A stretch of DNA of 64,000 nt from Chrysomallon squamiferum (GCA_012295275.1 CM022670.1:15872001-15936000), one strand, 5' to 3'; shown: positions 25,901 through 39,549, counted from the first letter of the stretch. Notes: generated by a model not told the origin, from the letters alone. Numbers and translations are program-made.

Positions 25901-28900
25901 TTGGCTATTCATTTTTCTCATGATATAGGTGAATGAGGATTCTGACTTAATGATAATTATTTTTAATGATAAATGTATACAACTGAGATCAAGTTAAGTC
26001 CTTCCATAGGTAATTAATTATAAATATGTCACAGGTGTTGTAACTGTTATATCAGTGAGAAGTATTACCAGAATGTTGTTCTGTTGAAACAATTCAACTG
26101 TTCATGCAACAGAATTTACTGTGACAAGCAAATACATTTAAACCTACTACATTTCTAAAAAACACAGTATATTAACACACCAGATATGTGCATTTGGCTT
26201 TGAAGTCTTACATAGTTCAACCATTCACTGCCAAAATGGAAAATAACAGGAATTCATTCAACAAGGATGTCCATCAAAGCTATTGGTCATCAACTTGTAT
26301 ATATATAACAAATCACACCTAATCATTCCTGGAGTCTAAGTCTGTATCTGCATGAGCTGAGAGATCACTGGGTGTCCTGTACTTTTAACAGAGCCACCTA
26401 TACTGACTGTGCAAGAGCTGGAAACATGTATCCACACAGTGTTGGAAATGGCAGCATGTTAGAAAAATCTGATGTTTAACTGGAGGGAGTCATCTGGACA
26501 ATTTTAGCTACTGCTGAACCTTTGAATTACAAATGGAATCTGCACACTTGAAGTGATATTTTTTCTCTCTTAGTTGTTTTATGAACTCTGTAACTCCATA
26601 CTTTGATCTCATTTTTGTTTTTTTTTTTGTTTGTATTCAGCTGTAATTTTGATTATGCAGTGATAACATGATTAAAATATCTGAAATGTGATATAATTAT
26701 TATGTTTTCTTATTGCTGGTAGGTTGTTGATACAGATCAAATTTGTTTTTCTCATCTTATTTTACCAGTAATGTCTTGGCTATATTTGTTTTATTAGTCA
26801 CCTGCTGATGCATCATTTTATTCCAGATGTATAGATAAGAAACCATACCACTATTAAAATATATGATTATCTCTTACTTCCTAGCAGACTTCTGGCTCTG
26901 ATAAAGTTTGATGAAAATTCAATATTTTACTGGCAGAAAGCCCTAAAATCAGAAGCACATCTGACTGAAGAAAGAGTACTACACCATACAACTCACGTAC
27001 ACTTTTTTTCTCCCTTTTGTTTAGTTATCTCAACTTTGAAGACATTTCTTCTCCTTAACTAAGATCAACTTAAAAATTGGCAGAGAAACTGAATTGTCTG
27101 GCACCATTTCTGCGCTGGTGGTGTGCTAGGCATGAAACTGTGTACATTGGTGAAATAGTTGATGTAGCTGAAGTTGCACAGCTTGGGGCATGCAGGGGAT
27201 TCTTCTGTCGTGTTTTATTGAGAAAATCCTGTTTTGTTTGATCATTGTGGAACTCCAGTGTGAAATACTACAACATCTGCAGTCTTGTTAGCCCGGCCAT
27301 CTTTCAGCAGAGTCTTCCTCTTTGAGCAGTCCTTTTCTTACATCAAACTCAACTCAACAAGGGGCTGCATGTATGTTCACAGCTTCTCCACTTTTCACAT
27401 TGTTTTTTCTTCTCCTGTTTTTTTTTTATTGTTCGTCATGATACACTGTAAGCCACTGACTGAGGGAGATGGGTGATTATTCAAGTTTTATACAAGTCTT
27501 TGTTTTGTCACATGTACACACGAGGACAACACTTTGCACTTTATCATTATTACTCTACTGTTACTACTACTACTACTATGTTGACAAAGATGATGACTGT
27601 TATTATTTTTTTTTTATTATTTAAAGTTTCAAAAGTTTGTGGGTTTTTTTTTTGTTTTTTTAATTTTTTTTTTTAATAATATTTTTTTATTTTATTTGTT
27701 GTTGTTTGCTGTTAGGGATGTTGTCTTGTTTGGGTTATTTGTTAGAGGATTTTTCAGTCACTGTACAATGACATTAACTGTCAACAGCACACAGACTGAA
27801 AGCCCTGCAGTACACACTGGTTATGAAGAACAAACATGTAGTCAGAAGAAAGATCTAAATCTTTGTCATTTTACAAATAAAGTTAAAATGTTTTTCTTTG
27901 CTGATTACTCATGTTTTCAGTATTTTATTCTTAAGTACCTATTTTTACCTGCCCCCTTCATCTTTTTTTTCCTTTTTTACTACAAAAAAACAAAGACTTG
28001 TAAGTATTATTTACACAAAAAGTTGTGTCTTAAAAATAATAATTACATTTAATTTTAAAAGATTAGATAAGAAATAGAATGTCTTTTTTTTTTATGACCA
28101 TTTTACTTCCCTTTTTTTATCCCTTTTATCTTGTATTCACTGTAATCACAGCATGTTACAGGTTGGCAACAGTTATAAAGAAACATTAAAACATGGCGTG
28201 TATTTTTGCTATATGATTATTTTATATACAATTTTATAGCTGTACAAAGATGTTTTCGTGTTAAACACAGGCACTAGAAGGAGGTTAGTCGAGAAGGGAG
28301 ATCATTCTGGTCCAAGTAACCTTATCAGTTTTGTCACCATAAATCACAGCAGAATCAGAAACAAAATCACAACAGCTGTTTTGAAATAACAGAAATGTCT
28401 TTTTTCTTTCAGATTTACATCATTAATTTTTTTTTTAAATATTCTTTTTCTCTTTTTTTTTCATAATAATTTTTTTCTAAGCAGTTATTTTAACTGAAAA
28501 CTGAGATGAAAATATCTCTTAGTTTTAAAATCGTTGAAACCAGAGAGAAGACGTATTTTAAAATGTTATCTTGTACAGCCTGCTTTGCGTGTAAAAGTAA
28601 TAATATTTCTAAGTGCTTTAACAGTTGCCAGCAAATATGGCTCCAAAGTGTTTTCATTATTTGTTTGTTTTAATTTATATTTTCAAATATTCCAAAAATT
28701 CTTGTTGTAAACAAAATAAACAGGGCCATCTGAATGACCTACAGCATTCGGACCTTTGGTTCTTTGATTATTACATTTTACACAAACAAAATTCAAAATA
28801 ATCACATCCTGCCCACTTATCGACAGCATGTTGAAGAATTTGTAACAAAAATTACAGCAAATATAATCTACAGAATATTAATAGAAATTAATTATAACTG

Positions 28901-30371
28901 ACAATGAATCCATGTTTAATTTTGCACATAACAAGAGTAATTCATTAACTGGTTCCCAGCATTAAAATCTTCAGTAAGAAATTTTGAATCAAAATGTGCC
29001 AGCCCTGTTTTGAAACTCCATCCCAAATTCAGACTGGATTTGAATTTTCTTTAATAGCATCTACAATTTGTAAGGACACGTAATTTTCTGTAACTTCTTT
29101 TTCCAGTTTATTGTTTTAGCTCGGAACACTGTTATCGTAGGACTAATCTCACTCCATAAAGACTAATTTAAAGATGGCTGACTGTTTTGCCAGTGCTGTA
29201 TCACTTCAATCAGCTGCAAGCTAACCATTAAACCAGTCTTCGCAAAGTGTGATGTTTATTCAAATGATTCTGTTGTTCAGAGTATCTACAAGACTAATAA
29301 ACACAGAGGGTTTTTTTTTTTTGTGTAACTAACAGAACTTAACACTGGAATGGAAACACATTATGACTGGTATCTGCTTTCCTCAGCCAGTGCCATGTGT
29401 CCATGTCACATGGGTTTCTTTCATCATTGTTTCAGGTGAAAATTTCCCCATCTTAAAAAATGAGTTCACTAAGAAGACGAATGAAGGAAGACTGACTTAT
29501 ATTATTAGTTATCATCTTCGAGCATGAATGGAATTGTTTTATGTTTTTTTTGGTAAATTAGTCACAACTCAGTGGTTAAATATGAGCTTCAGAATTAATT
29601 ATATTATTTCCAATTGCAGTTCTCAATTTTCTGTTCTGGCACTCCTTTGTTTCTCATTTGATCACTCACCATTACACATTTCCAGTATTTTGTTATATTC
29701 CATTCAAATTTCTATTGATGTCCATGAGTGATTTCATTTATTTTTATTACTATTCATTTCAACAAACCTATTTGATGTATAAAGGTTATCTCTGGGAAAA
29801 TACAAATGAAATAAGTTCTTTTCTTGAATCTTCATTTTTTTACATGCACACACACAGTGATATATATATATATATATATATATATAACCACTGATTCTGT
29901 TGCTATTTTAGAAAATATAGTTGGACTGTTCTAACCTCAAAAAAAAAAAAAAAAAAAAAATCAATCAATGATTTTTTTCCTACGTTACTTAGTTGTTTTC
30001 TAAATTTTATTTTATTTTTTAATATTTTTACTGTTTCTTTGCCAGAACTTTAAACGTTTTTTTTTTTTTTTTTTTTTTTTAATTTTTAAACTGTTAAAAT
30101 AATGAGAAATAGTTTAGTGATTTATGTAAATAAACTTCAGAATATGTGTTTAAATCAAGAGAATATACTCAGTTTTTATCCTTCAAAGTGTTTGTTTTTT
30201 CAAATAACACAACATTAGTCTGAAAGTGTTGACATATTTCTACGGTTTTATCACTCTTCAATCTTTTTCTAATTATATTAAAACAAGATGTCTGCACTGT
30301 GTCACAGTGACATAAACAAAACAAATAGATCTGATGAAAAGTAAAATAAACAAAATAAAAACTCCAGAACA

Positions 30372-30414
<43 letters not shown>

Positions 30415-30560
30415 TAATAATGATAATAATGTTACAGTAATTAAAAAAAAAAAAAAAAGTAGATAAATAAATAAATTAATTAATTAATAAAATAATAATA
30501 ATAATAATGACATTAAAAAATAAAAAAAAATAAATAAATGAGTAAATAAGTAAAGAAAGA
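30372..30560. repeat. (AAT)n / poly-A / (AAAT)n compound low-complexity tract
   Basis: Direct inspection. Confidence 0.9.
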
Positions 30561-30876
30561 ACAAAAAAACGAAAATAGAAAATAATTATTTAATTAAAAG
30601 AAAAACCATCTGAATTATTTGAAAATTATTTTTCATATTTATTTAATCTTTTCTTAACTAAATTAATAAATTATAAATTATAACTTCATTTTTATATTTA
30701 TATTTATTTATACAACAAAATTTAACAATAAAAATAAAAGTTTTAATCTGCTTTAAAAATAGTGTTTATTGAATGCATATTCCACATAAATTTATATACT
30801 GGTTTTAAAATTATTATTTTTGATTTAATTATATAACACATGTATTTTTGCATTTTTAACTCAATTATAAAATAGT

Positions 30877-30920
30877 CTGATTGATGAATTATTCTTTTTT
30901 CTTTTCTTTTGCAGGTGAGT
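30877..30920 (+). other. Candidate recursive splice site (3' splice site joined to a regenerated 5' splice site, AG|GT at 30914/30915)
   Basis: CTGAT at 30877-30881, no AG until ttcttttttcttttcttttgcAG, immediately followed by GTGAGT. Confidence 0.55.
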
Positions 30921-31000
30921 TCAAATTATTCCTGAATATGTAACAACTTTTACAAGATGAAAATATAAACTATTTAGAGTCATCATGATCAACCCAGTTT
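30915..31000 (+). other. Candidate 86-nt RS-exon or non-coding exon
   Basis: Starts at the strong acceptor and ends at TTT|GTATGT (31001). Stop codons occur in all three frames. Confidence 0.4.
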
Positions 31001-31999
31001 GTATGTATGATTTTTTGTTTTTTTTATTGTCTACTTGTAAGAAAATGGGAAATATTTATTAATATTTTAGAGATATTTCCTGCACAAACTGTTAGATAAT
31101 CATTTAAAATAATGAAAGTAGTTAGAAATTTAAAAGTGATAAATATTAAGTGGTACAACATTTGTGTGTGACAAAAGTACATGTGGTATGTATGTAACAG
31201 TCTGCTTTTATTGACATCAAACATCAGAGCAAACAGCCAAGAAAAAAAATAACAATAACAATAATTGAAATAATTAAAATATGAGCTAATGAACATTAAT
31301 GAATAAAATATTTTTTAAAATAAAACTACATGAATACTCAAAATGGATCCAATTTTCTAAACTTTTTATTCTTTTTCTGTCCTAAAAACTATTTATATTA
31401 TTATTTTGCTGCCGTAGAAACCAAGTAATCATTTTTTTTTTTTTTAAAGATAAAGTCTTATGTATAATGTCATCATTTTCCAATTTAAACATGTTTAGCA
31501 TCAGAAAAAAACATGCATGTTTTGTTTGTTTGTTGGCTAGCATCTTGTAGATGAGCTCAGTTTGAAAGCTCTGGGTATCATTATTATTATGAGGATGCAC
31601 AGTATTAATGGAGAATTGTTTATTTTTTTCACTCATTACACATGAGAGGTATTAAATTGACCTCATCGAGAACCTAATGATGATTTTAACACAGTGCTTG
31701 CCTCATCATCATCACCAGGCATGATACAGCAGCTTTTGCAAAAACAGTTTTAAAAAACAAAAATAAAAAATGTCACAAGATGACATCTACCAAAACCTCT
31801 GACATTCTCAGAATTGCCAGTATTTTTGTTTTTGTCCTGGATCAAAGATTTCTCTTCCAGTCATAACAGAACCATTAAGCGACCAAACAAATTAGAAATG
31901 GTGTTGAAATCAGGAATTTCTCTCTCTCCCTCTCTCTCCCTCTTTCTTCCTGTCTCTTCCTGTCTCTTTCGCTGTTTTATCTACACTGAGTGCATATTG

Positions 32000-32160
32000 C
32001 ATGCACATGGAATAAATAAGCCGTATTCCCGAGAGCGTGGAATCTGTTTTGAAAGTTTCGGGTCACAAGTTCCGCTGACATGATGGGTGAGCACAGCTGA
32101 GCACGAATCTAGACAACGTGGAAGTGCAAGAGGATCCCCTCGCCTGCAAACTGAGCTTCT
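32000..32160. promoter_or_regulatory. CpG-retaining island, candidate regulatory element
   Basis: About 8 CpGs in ~130 bp, preceded by a pyrimidine tract (31918-31970). Confidence 0.3.
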
Positions 32161-33483
32161 TTCACATCACTCTACAGCTGAAATAAAAAACTAAAAAAAA
32201 AAACTCCACAAGATACTGACCCAGCCTAATATACTTAATAGTGATGAGGCTAAAAAAAAAAAATATATATAAAAAAATAAAATATTGTAGCATCAAAATT
32301 CTTTGCGGGGTTCTGAGTGCAGTTTTCTCTCCAGACTCTGCTGTCAGGTGTCTGCTGTGTTACACTGTGATGCTTTCATGTCATGCAGTTTCTAGTATTA
32401 TTGCCCATTGGCAGACAGGCTCTCATGATGAATGAAAGAGCAGGGAGGAGATTGGGAAAAAAGGCAGTTATTGTCAGTGTAATGGTAAAAACAGCAGTAG
32501 TAAATTCCCAGTATAAACTGGAGAATTTTGATTGTGCGTAGACTTAGTTTTCTGATTGACTAGTAACAGAGAGAGAAAAAAAAGAAAAGATTAGTTTGAA
32601 AAAGAATGTATTTATTTACATTAATTTTGTTGTTGAGTGAGCTTTTTTTGATTGACTACCAACAACAGCTATATTTTTTTTTTTTTTTTATTATTATTAA
32701 AAGGAATGTTTAACAATAAAAGAAGATTATATGTGAATATCAAACCACAGTTTATTAAAAAGAGAGATAATCTGAAATAAAAAAATTTAAAAAATGAGTT
32801 TATTTTAAAGCATACACAACAGCTTGCGACATATGCATTGGAAATAAAAGGTGTCAATATTTTTTTAACTACAGATTTAAAAACAAAAGAAAAGAATAAT
32901 TTAATTTCAAATATAACTCCTACAAGAATGAAAAAATATTATTATAGCTATTATTATTATTATTTTTTTTTTTTAGAGTAATTTTATGTAATATAGGTTA
33001 CACACAAAAGTGACAGCCATTTTTTTTTTTTTTAAGTAGCCTGGATTTTATAATGATTTAATAATAACATTTGTGTCAGTCTTTGGCAGGTGGTGAGAGG
33101 TCTAATACCAGTTGTTAGTTTGTCTTCTTCAATTATTTCTCTATCAGTCACTCTCATCTCTATCACCATAGAGATTTCTCTAAAAGTGATTCTCTTGCAT
33201 ACAGCTGAACAAATTGTTTATCAATAAAGGTTAATGTTACAGATATTCTGGCATCCAATTTACAAATTTTGTTTCACACATTTTACAGGTGTATTTGTTA
33301 TGTAATAAGTAAAAATAATAATAGGAAACAGAATGTAAAGGTGAAATAAGGAAAACAGAAGTTAGCATAGCTACAAAATTGATAAAGGAAAATGTTTTTT
33401 GTTTTCGTATCTTTAAAGCAATAAAAATGATTTAAAGAATATTTTATTGCCTTTTTTTTCAATGCAAACGAAATTATTCAGTA

Positions 33484-33510
33484 TACTAACCTTTGCTTTT
33501 TCACTTTTAG
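33484..33510 (+). other. Strong 3' splice site with a perfect TACTAAC branch point
   Basis: TACTAAC (33484-33490), ctttgctttttcactttt, then AG (33509-33510); the branch A is ~21 nt from the junction. Confidence 0.4.
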
Positions 33511-33593
33511 ATTTATTTATTTACTGATGTACTTCAACTTTAATATCCAACTGGCATCATGCACTTCTGCTCCTAAATTATGTAATGATATTA

Positions 33594-33607
33594 GTTGCCA
33601 TGGAAAT
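33594..33607. promoter_or_regulatory. RFX X-box-like motif GTTGCCATGGAAAT
   Basis: 12 of 14 positions match GTTGCCATGGCAAC; the identical 14-mer recurs at 62457. Confidence 0.35.
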
Positions 33608-34369
33608 TACATTTGTATATCAACTGTTGCTTTCATCTCTTGCCTGTACCAATATAATCTGTCAGGTCCATTTCACAAATATATCATTTCATTAAGACTA
33701 CTAAGTTCACCGTTCTCTTTGAAAATTCAAAAAGAAAAATCAGAAGAAAAAAAAAAAAACAGAAAAGAAAGTTAGGTAAAAGAAATCTCACACAAAAAAA
33801 GATTAATTGAAAAAGAAAAGTAATGGTGAAATAAGCTGAATGCTTCTGATATATTCTGGAGCTTTATGAGGCTTGTAATTGCGTGAGGTATTTTCAACAT
33901 CACTATTTTTATGAAGGTACTAACGCTTGGTAAAAATTCTTCAAGCTTATGTCGGCCTCCTTTGAGTAAGGAGTGGAAAGTTAATTAACTTTCAAAGACT
34001 TTTTTAAAAAGTTTATTGCTTTTAATTACAAAACACTCAGACAATGGCATTGCTTTAATTATGCACAGATACTTTAATTTTAGACACTAATTTATTTCTA
34101 CTCACACTGGCATATTTATGATTTTTTTTGTTAATTTTATAGGTAATACTTGTTATCTTTTATAATTATGTTGTAGTAAAATAGTAACTATATAAGATAA
34201 AAATTAATATAATTATTTATAATATCTTTGGTTTTTAAAAAAAAATTTAGTTCCCCAAATTAATTTCATAAAGAAGTTTAATAGATAATGCAAATATGAG
34301 ATTTAGAAATATAACTAAAATATTTATTTTTTATTTTATTTTCATTAAATTTACAAAATAAAAATAAGA

Positions 34370-34542
34370 ATAATAGCAGCAGCAACAGTAACAACAACAG
34401 TAACAATAATAATAATAGTAGTTAATGATAATATGGTAATATTATTAATAATAACTAACAACAACAACAACAATTATAATGATAATACTAATAATATTAA
34501 CAACAACAACAACAACAACAATAATAATAATAACAATAATAA
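34370..34542. repeat. Compound (AGC/AAC/AAT)n trinucleotide tract
   Basis: Direct inspection. Confidence 0.88.
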
Positions 34543-36134
34543 CCTTAAAACAAAATCACACATGAAAACCAACAGACTAATATTGGAACTGTTATAGTGG
34601 TTATCATTGAAACAAATTTCAATATGATAAAACTACAGAACTAAGACTTTTTAAATTGTTTTATCATATTTTTTATGATGGTGCCAACATCTGATAGGAC
34701 ACAAGCAAAGTTACTTAATTATGGAAATACAAATTTTAAAATGTTGGTTACTGGCTGTGTTGTGAAATTCTTGCTTTCTACACTACTGATGGTCATCTTT
34801 AGAAAAGATAAGACAAAGATTTTGAACTTTATAAACCAAACAGTCAATATCTGGATGAAATAATTTTAAATACATCTGATTCAGTAAGCTGCAAGAATGC
34901 TGTTATAAGTTACACACATGATTTTGAGATAACAATTTAATGACACTGAAAGAAAATCAATAGTTTACTGTACGATAACTGGAATTAGTGCATGTACATA
35001 TGCCTGCCTCTGTATTATCTTTTCAAAATTTAATTTTATATTTCATTATTGTAGTAATGATAGTCATGGTTAAGCAATTTAATATAACAGTAGGATGAAA
35101 AGTGGTTAAATAACAGTTTTTAGTCGTAACACACATTTCATTTAAAATACCAATTAATATTCATCTTCTGTCTTACTCATTCTGTTTCTATATTCTTTTT
35201 GAATGATCACAGGATAATCCAATAACTGTTAGTAATGAGTGGTGTTAATAAATAATTAAGTGTGCTTGTGAAAATACATTTTCATAATTACTTTTTATGA
35301 GACTTGAAAGCACTTGAGAGCAACAACCAGTTTTATTTTGATGTTGTCTCTCACTCTGCATATATCCCATTTATAAAAATCCATTTTAATCAGCTCAATC
35401 TTTGATTGGATTTCTTGATAAAAGGCTTTTTTTTTTTTTTTTTTTTTTTTACACCCTTCCATTTCACAAGCAGAATTAAAGTGTCAGAAAGTGTAACATC
35501 TCCAACAATACTTCTATCCATCATGTACTTGAGATAAATCAACAGTCTGGAAACAATCTACAGACTGCAGCCTACACACAGCAATCAGGTTAATTTGGTC
35601 GTGCTTCTATCAGGTAGTCATCATCTGCCACACTCTTCACCCAGACACTACAAGAAGCAGACACAGAACCAGAAGATATCCAGTAATTCAGATCTTCATA
35701 AGGAAATTGTCACTGACTCTTCTCTTCAACTTCAACTTTTCAGTTCTAGGGGATCAAAGATACAAGACTGCCTCTCAAACACTGAAATACCTTCATATTG
35801 TTTATATTTTATTTGATCTCCTTCAAACTGTTGTCACAACTGTTTGTTTAATTAGGTCACAATGTCTTGCATTCAGTTTCTTTCAGATTTTAATGCTTGA
35901 CCTGTTGATGATATATCTTGTTATGTGAGTTAGTTTCTCATTTTGTACTTAACTGATAAAGATCAAAGCCTGAATCTGAAGCCCTCAAAAGATACATAAA
36001 CCTCCACTTAAACTATCATATATAATAGTTTAATTGATACTGAGTGTTAACATAATTCACCGCTCATCTGTTGACTTAATTTTTTTTCTTTTCATTAATA
36101 AATAAAACTTATATTTATTTCTCTCTTTTGCTCT

Positions 36135-36480
36135 CCATTCAGAATGTATCCATCCATCCATTTATTCATCCACCTATTTCTGCAGATCTCCACTCGTCCA
36201 TCCATCCATCCATCTATCTATCCACTGATTTATTCATTTATTAAAATCTTTTCATTCATTCATCCATGTATCTGTTCATTTATCTATTAACCATTTTATA
36301 TTCATTGTCCATCCTTCTATATATCCATGTCAGTTCATTCTTTTCTTCGGACATTTATCCTTGTAATCTATTTTAGCAATATGTTTATCCATATCCTTCC
36401 TTTTATCTATCCATCTATCCTATCAGTCAATTTCTTAGACTCACTCAGCCCACACTCTTCATCTGTCCATCTAATGCCAT
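36135..36480. repeat. Degenerate (CATC/CATT/TATC)n tract
   Basis: Dense ccat, tcat and ctat tetramers. Confidence 0.8.
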
Positions 36481-36748
36481 CAGTACAGCCAGCACACAGG
36501 GAGGAACATTCTAATAAAGAAAGAACTGACTTATGAGAGAAATAGGATGTCTTACAGAGAAGTACATACCTCAGTGATTGATAAACTAGTCAGTTCTGTG
36601 CGATGCATAGAAATGTTTGCAGCCATTAAGTAACAATTTGATGTTGATACAGAAAAGTGGTTCTGTTATATAACAAAGTTCAGTGCACATTCCAAAGTAG
36701 CAGATTCCTACAGCAGTCATTTTTCTATCTCTCTGTTTGTTACAGCAG

Positions 36749-36901
36749 CATTCTGATAAACAGTGTGAAAACATTACTGTGTTAAATATAATAGATTTAC
36801 TGTTCATAGTGATATATTAACTCATTCTGATAAACAGTGTGAACACTTCATTATGTTAAACATGATATAACAATGATATTGTTCAGTGTGATCTATTAAC
36901 T
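36749..36901. repeat. ~74-bp tandem duplication, 2 diverged copies
   Basis: cattctgataaacagtgtgaa...tgttaaa...tgttca...tattaact starts at 36749 and again at 36823. Confidence 0.88.
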
Positions 36902-36980
36902 AGTAGAGATATATGTAATTTATGTCATTCAGGGTTCTGTTTGTGGTGTGAGTTTCTATGCATCTGCTTCTGAGCATGTT

Positions 36981-36983
<3 letters not shown>

Positions 36984-37056
<73 letters not shown>
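36984..37056. repeat. (AT)n(GT)n compound microsatellite
   Basis: Direct inspection. Confidence 0.95.
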
Positions 37057-37060
<4 letters not shown>

Positions 37061-37569
37061 TCTGTGTGTCTGTTTTTATACACAGAATATGTTCATAATG
37101 TCAGCAGTAATAGCTGTGAATCTAACATTTCTGTATGGTAAGCGTTTACACATGTGAAACATTCTCAGAATAATTCTTCTGAGGAAAAAAATGGAATAGA
37201 TATTTGTTCTCATAAAACAGCTCATCACCATTTCTCTCTAATAGATATATTAATTTTTAATCATGTTATTTACAAACCAGTTTTTTCTTTCTTTCTTTCT
37301 TTTCTTATCAGATTTTTAAACAATTATCTTATTTTCCAGTTAATAAAAAAACTGTTACGCTCTCATTTTCATTTCATGATTTTAATTGCTTCAGGAACCA
37401 GCATCAAATCTCTGTCATATTATTAGTTTTTTTTTTATTAAAAATTAAAAATTGATTAACTGAGAAGCATGACTCATAAGCTCAGTCATCATCGCCTGGT
37501 ATTTCCCTATCCAAACTAGTGCTCTGTAACAGGCACTGATATATGTTTTCAGTATGTGTTAATGCATGC

Positions 37570-37692
37570 ATGTATGTATGTATGTATGTATGTATGTATG
37601 TATGTATGTATGTATGTATATATGTATATATGTGTGTATATCAAAGAAATGTTGATGTTGACTGTGCTAATATTTTTTACTTATATCATTAA

Positions 37693-37739
<47 letters not shown>
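37570..37739. repeat. (TATG)n tract followed by a (CT)n tract (37701-37739)
   Basis: Direct inspection; explains the ORFs at 37556-37891. Confidence 0.9.
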
Positions 37740-37744
<5 letters not shown>

Positions 37745-38246
37745 CTCTCTCAATTTCTTTCTCTGTATCCACCTCTTTCAGTTCTTGCTTTGAAGTGCAG
37801 CAGCTCCAGCCAGTGTTTTCAGTGTAAAAGCTTGGACATTTCTTTGATTCCACAAGAGCCTTCAGCCACTGCATTCGAAGAATTTTCCTGAGTTATGAAC
37901 TCAGCACTGCATGGCCTCAGAATGGTGCATAATCCTCGAATCACAGAAACGTGGATGCACTTAGGCAATCTCATATTTTGAGAAATAGATCAAGATATGA
38001 GGAAGAGAACATCTACTTGTATGTAACGGAAAAGGGATTGGCATTTACAAGTTGTATAACTGTCTAAGTACATGGTATTTCTATCACTGTAAATTATCGT
38101 AGGTTTCCACTTCGCTGGTCACTTAATTATCAGCCTGAAATAGAAAATAACAACAAAATGAAAACTCAAAGCTACTTAAGATGAAAAGAAATGTAGAGTT
38201 AGGATATTATCCAGGGACTGATACAAACAGTTAGAAACACACTGGC

Positions 38247-38962
38247 ATGAAGAGTTAGATAATTATACATGAGCTGATATGAAGAGTTAGATAATTATAC
38301 ATAGACTGATATGAAGAGTTAGATAATTATACATGAGCTGATATGAAGAGTTAGATAATTATACAAGGACAGATATGAAGAGAAATAATTATACATGAGC
38401 TGATATGAAGAGTTAGATAATTATACATGGACTGATATGAAGAGTTAGATAATTATACATGGACTAATATGATGGGTTAGATAATTATACAAGGACTGAT
38501 ATGAAGGGTTAGATATTTATACAAGGACTGATATGAAAGATTAGATAATTATATATGGATTGATATGAAGAGTTAGATAATTATGTGTGTACTGATATGA
38601 AGAGTTAGATAATTATACATGGACTGATATGAAGGGTTAGCTAATTATACATGGACTGATATGAAGAGTTAGATAATTATACATGGACTAATATAAAGAG
38701 ATAGATATTAGATGGTTATACATAGACTGATATGAAGGGTTAGATAATTATACATTGACTGATATGAAGGGTTAAATAATTATACATGGATTAATATGAA
38801 GAGTTAGATAATTATACACAGACTGATATGGAGAGTTAGATAATTATGTATGGACTGATATGAAGAGATAGATATATTAGATGATTATATATGAAGAGTC
38901 AGATAATTTTGTATTGACTGATATCAGAGTTAAGTAATTATGTATGGAATGAGAGTTAGATG
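38247..38962. repeat. 32-bp minisatellite, ~22 copies (atgaagagttagataattatacatggactgat)
   Basis: Unit starts at 38247, 38279, 38311 and onward; head-to-tail with point variants and no spacers. Confidence 0.97.
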
Positions 38963-39549
38963 ATAATTCAGAGACTGCAGACCTAAATTAAATACAAAAT
39001 AATCTCCTTTTATTATGCTACAGTGATATTACCGTATTAAAATATTTGTGTTAATTTTCTTTTTATTATAATGAGGTTGTAAATAGGACATAATCTGGTT
39101 CTCGCAGCCTGTGTTTGGCAACAGGTATAGGCATGTATGTCTCACCCCAGTTTTCTCTCTTTACTACACTGAACAATATAAATCTCATTTTCTTACCTTG
39201 CTGTCCATGTCTTTGTGATCCTTTATGTTTCATCAGTAAAGAGAAATATGACAGTGAACAGAAAGCAAGACAAAACTATTGTGTTTAAAATATATGGTGT
39301 AGACATATTTTGGTTCAATAGTAAACAACAAAAATATAACTTCAGGGGACAGTTTTCATGTGTTTATTGCAATCATGATGGTATGGAATATAAATTTTTA
39401 TTATCTATATGTATTTTTTTATTGTTGTTGTTATTATTATTTTTGATCTATGAAGTTGTCTTTCATTCTTTATTTCCTTTCTTGTCCTTTTTTCAGTTTT
39501 TTTTTTTTTTTTTTTTTTTTCTTTTTTTTCTCATTATTTCTTTTCAGTG

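Noticed and set aside
38247-38962. CRISPR-like 32-bp periodicity
   Set aside because: Head-to-tail units with no unique spacers, no cas genes and a eukaryotic context.
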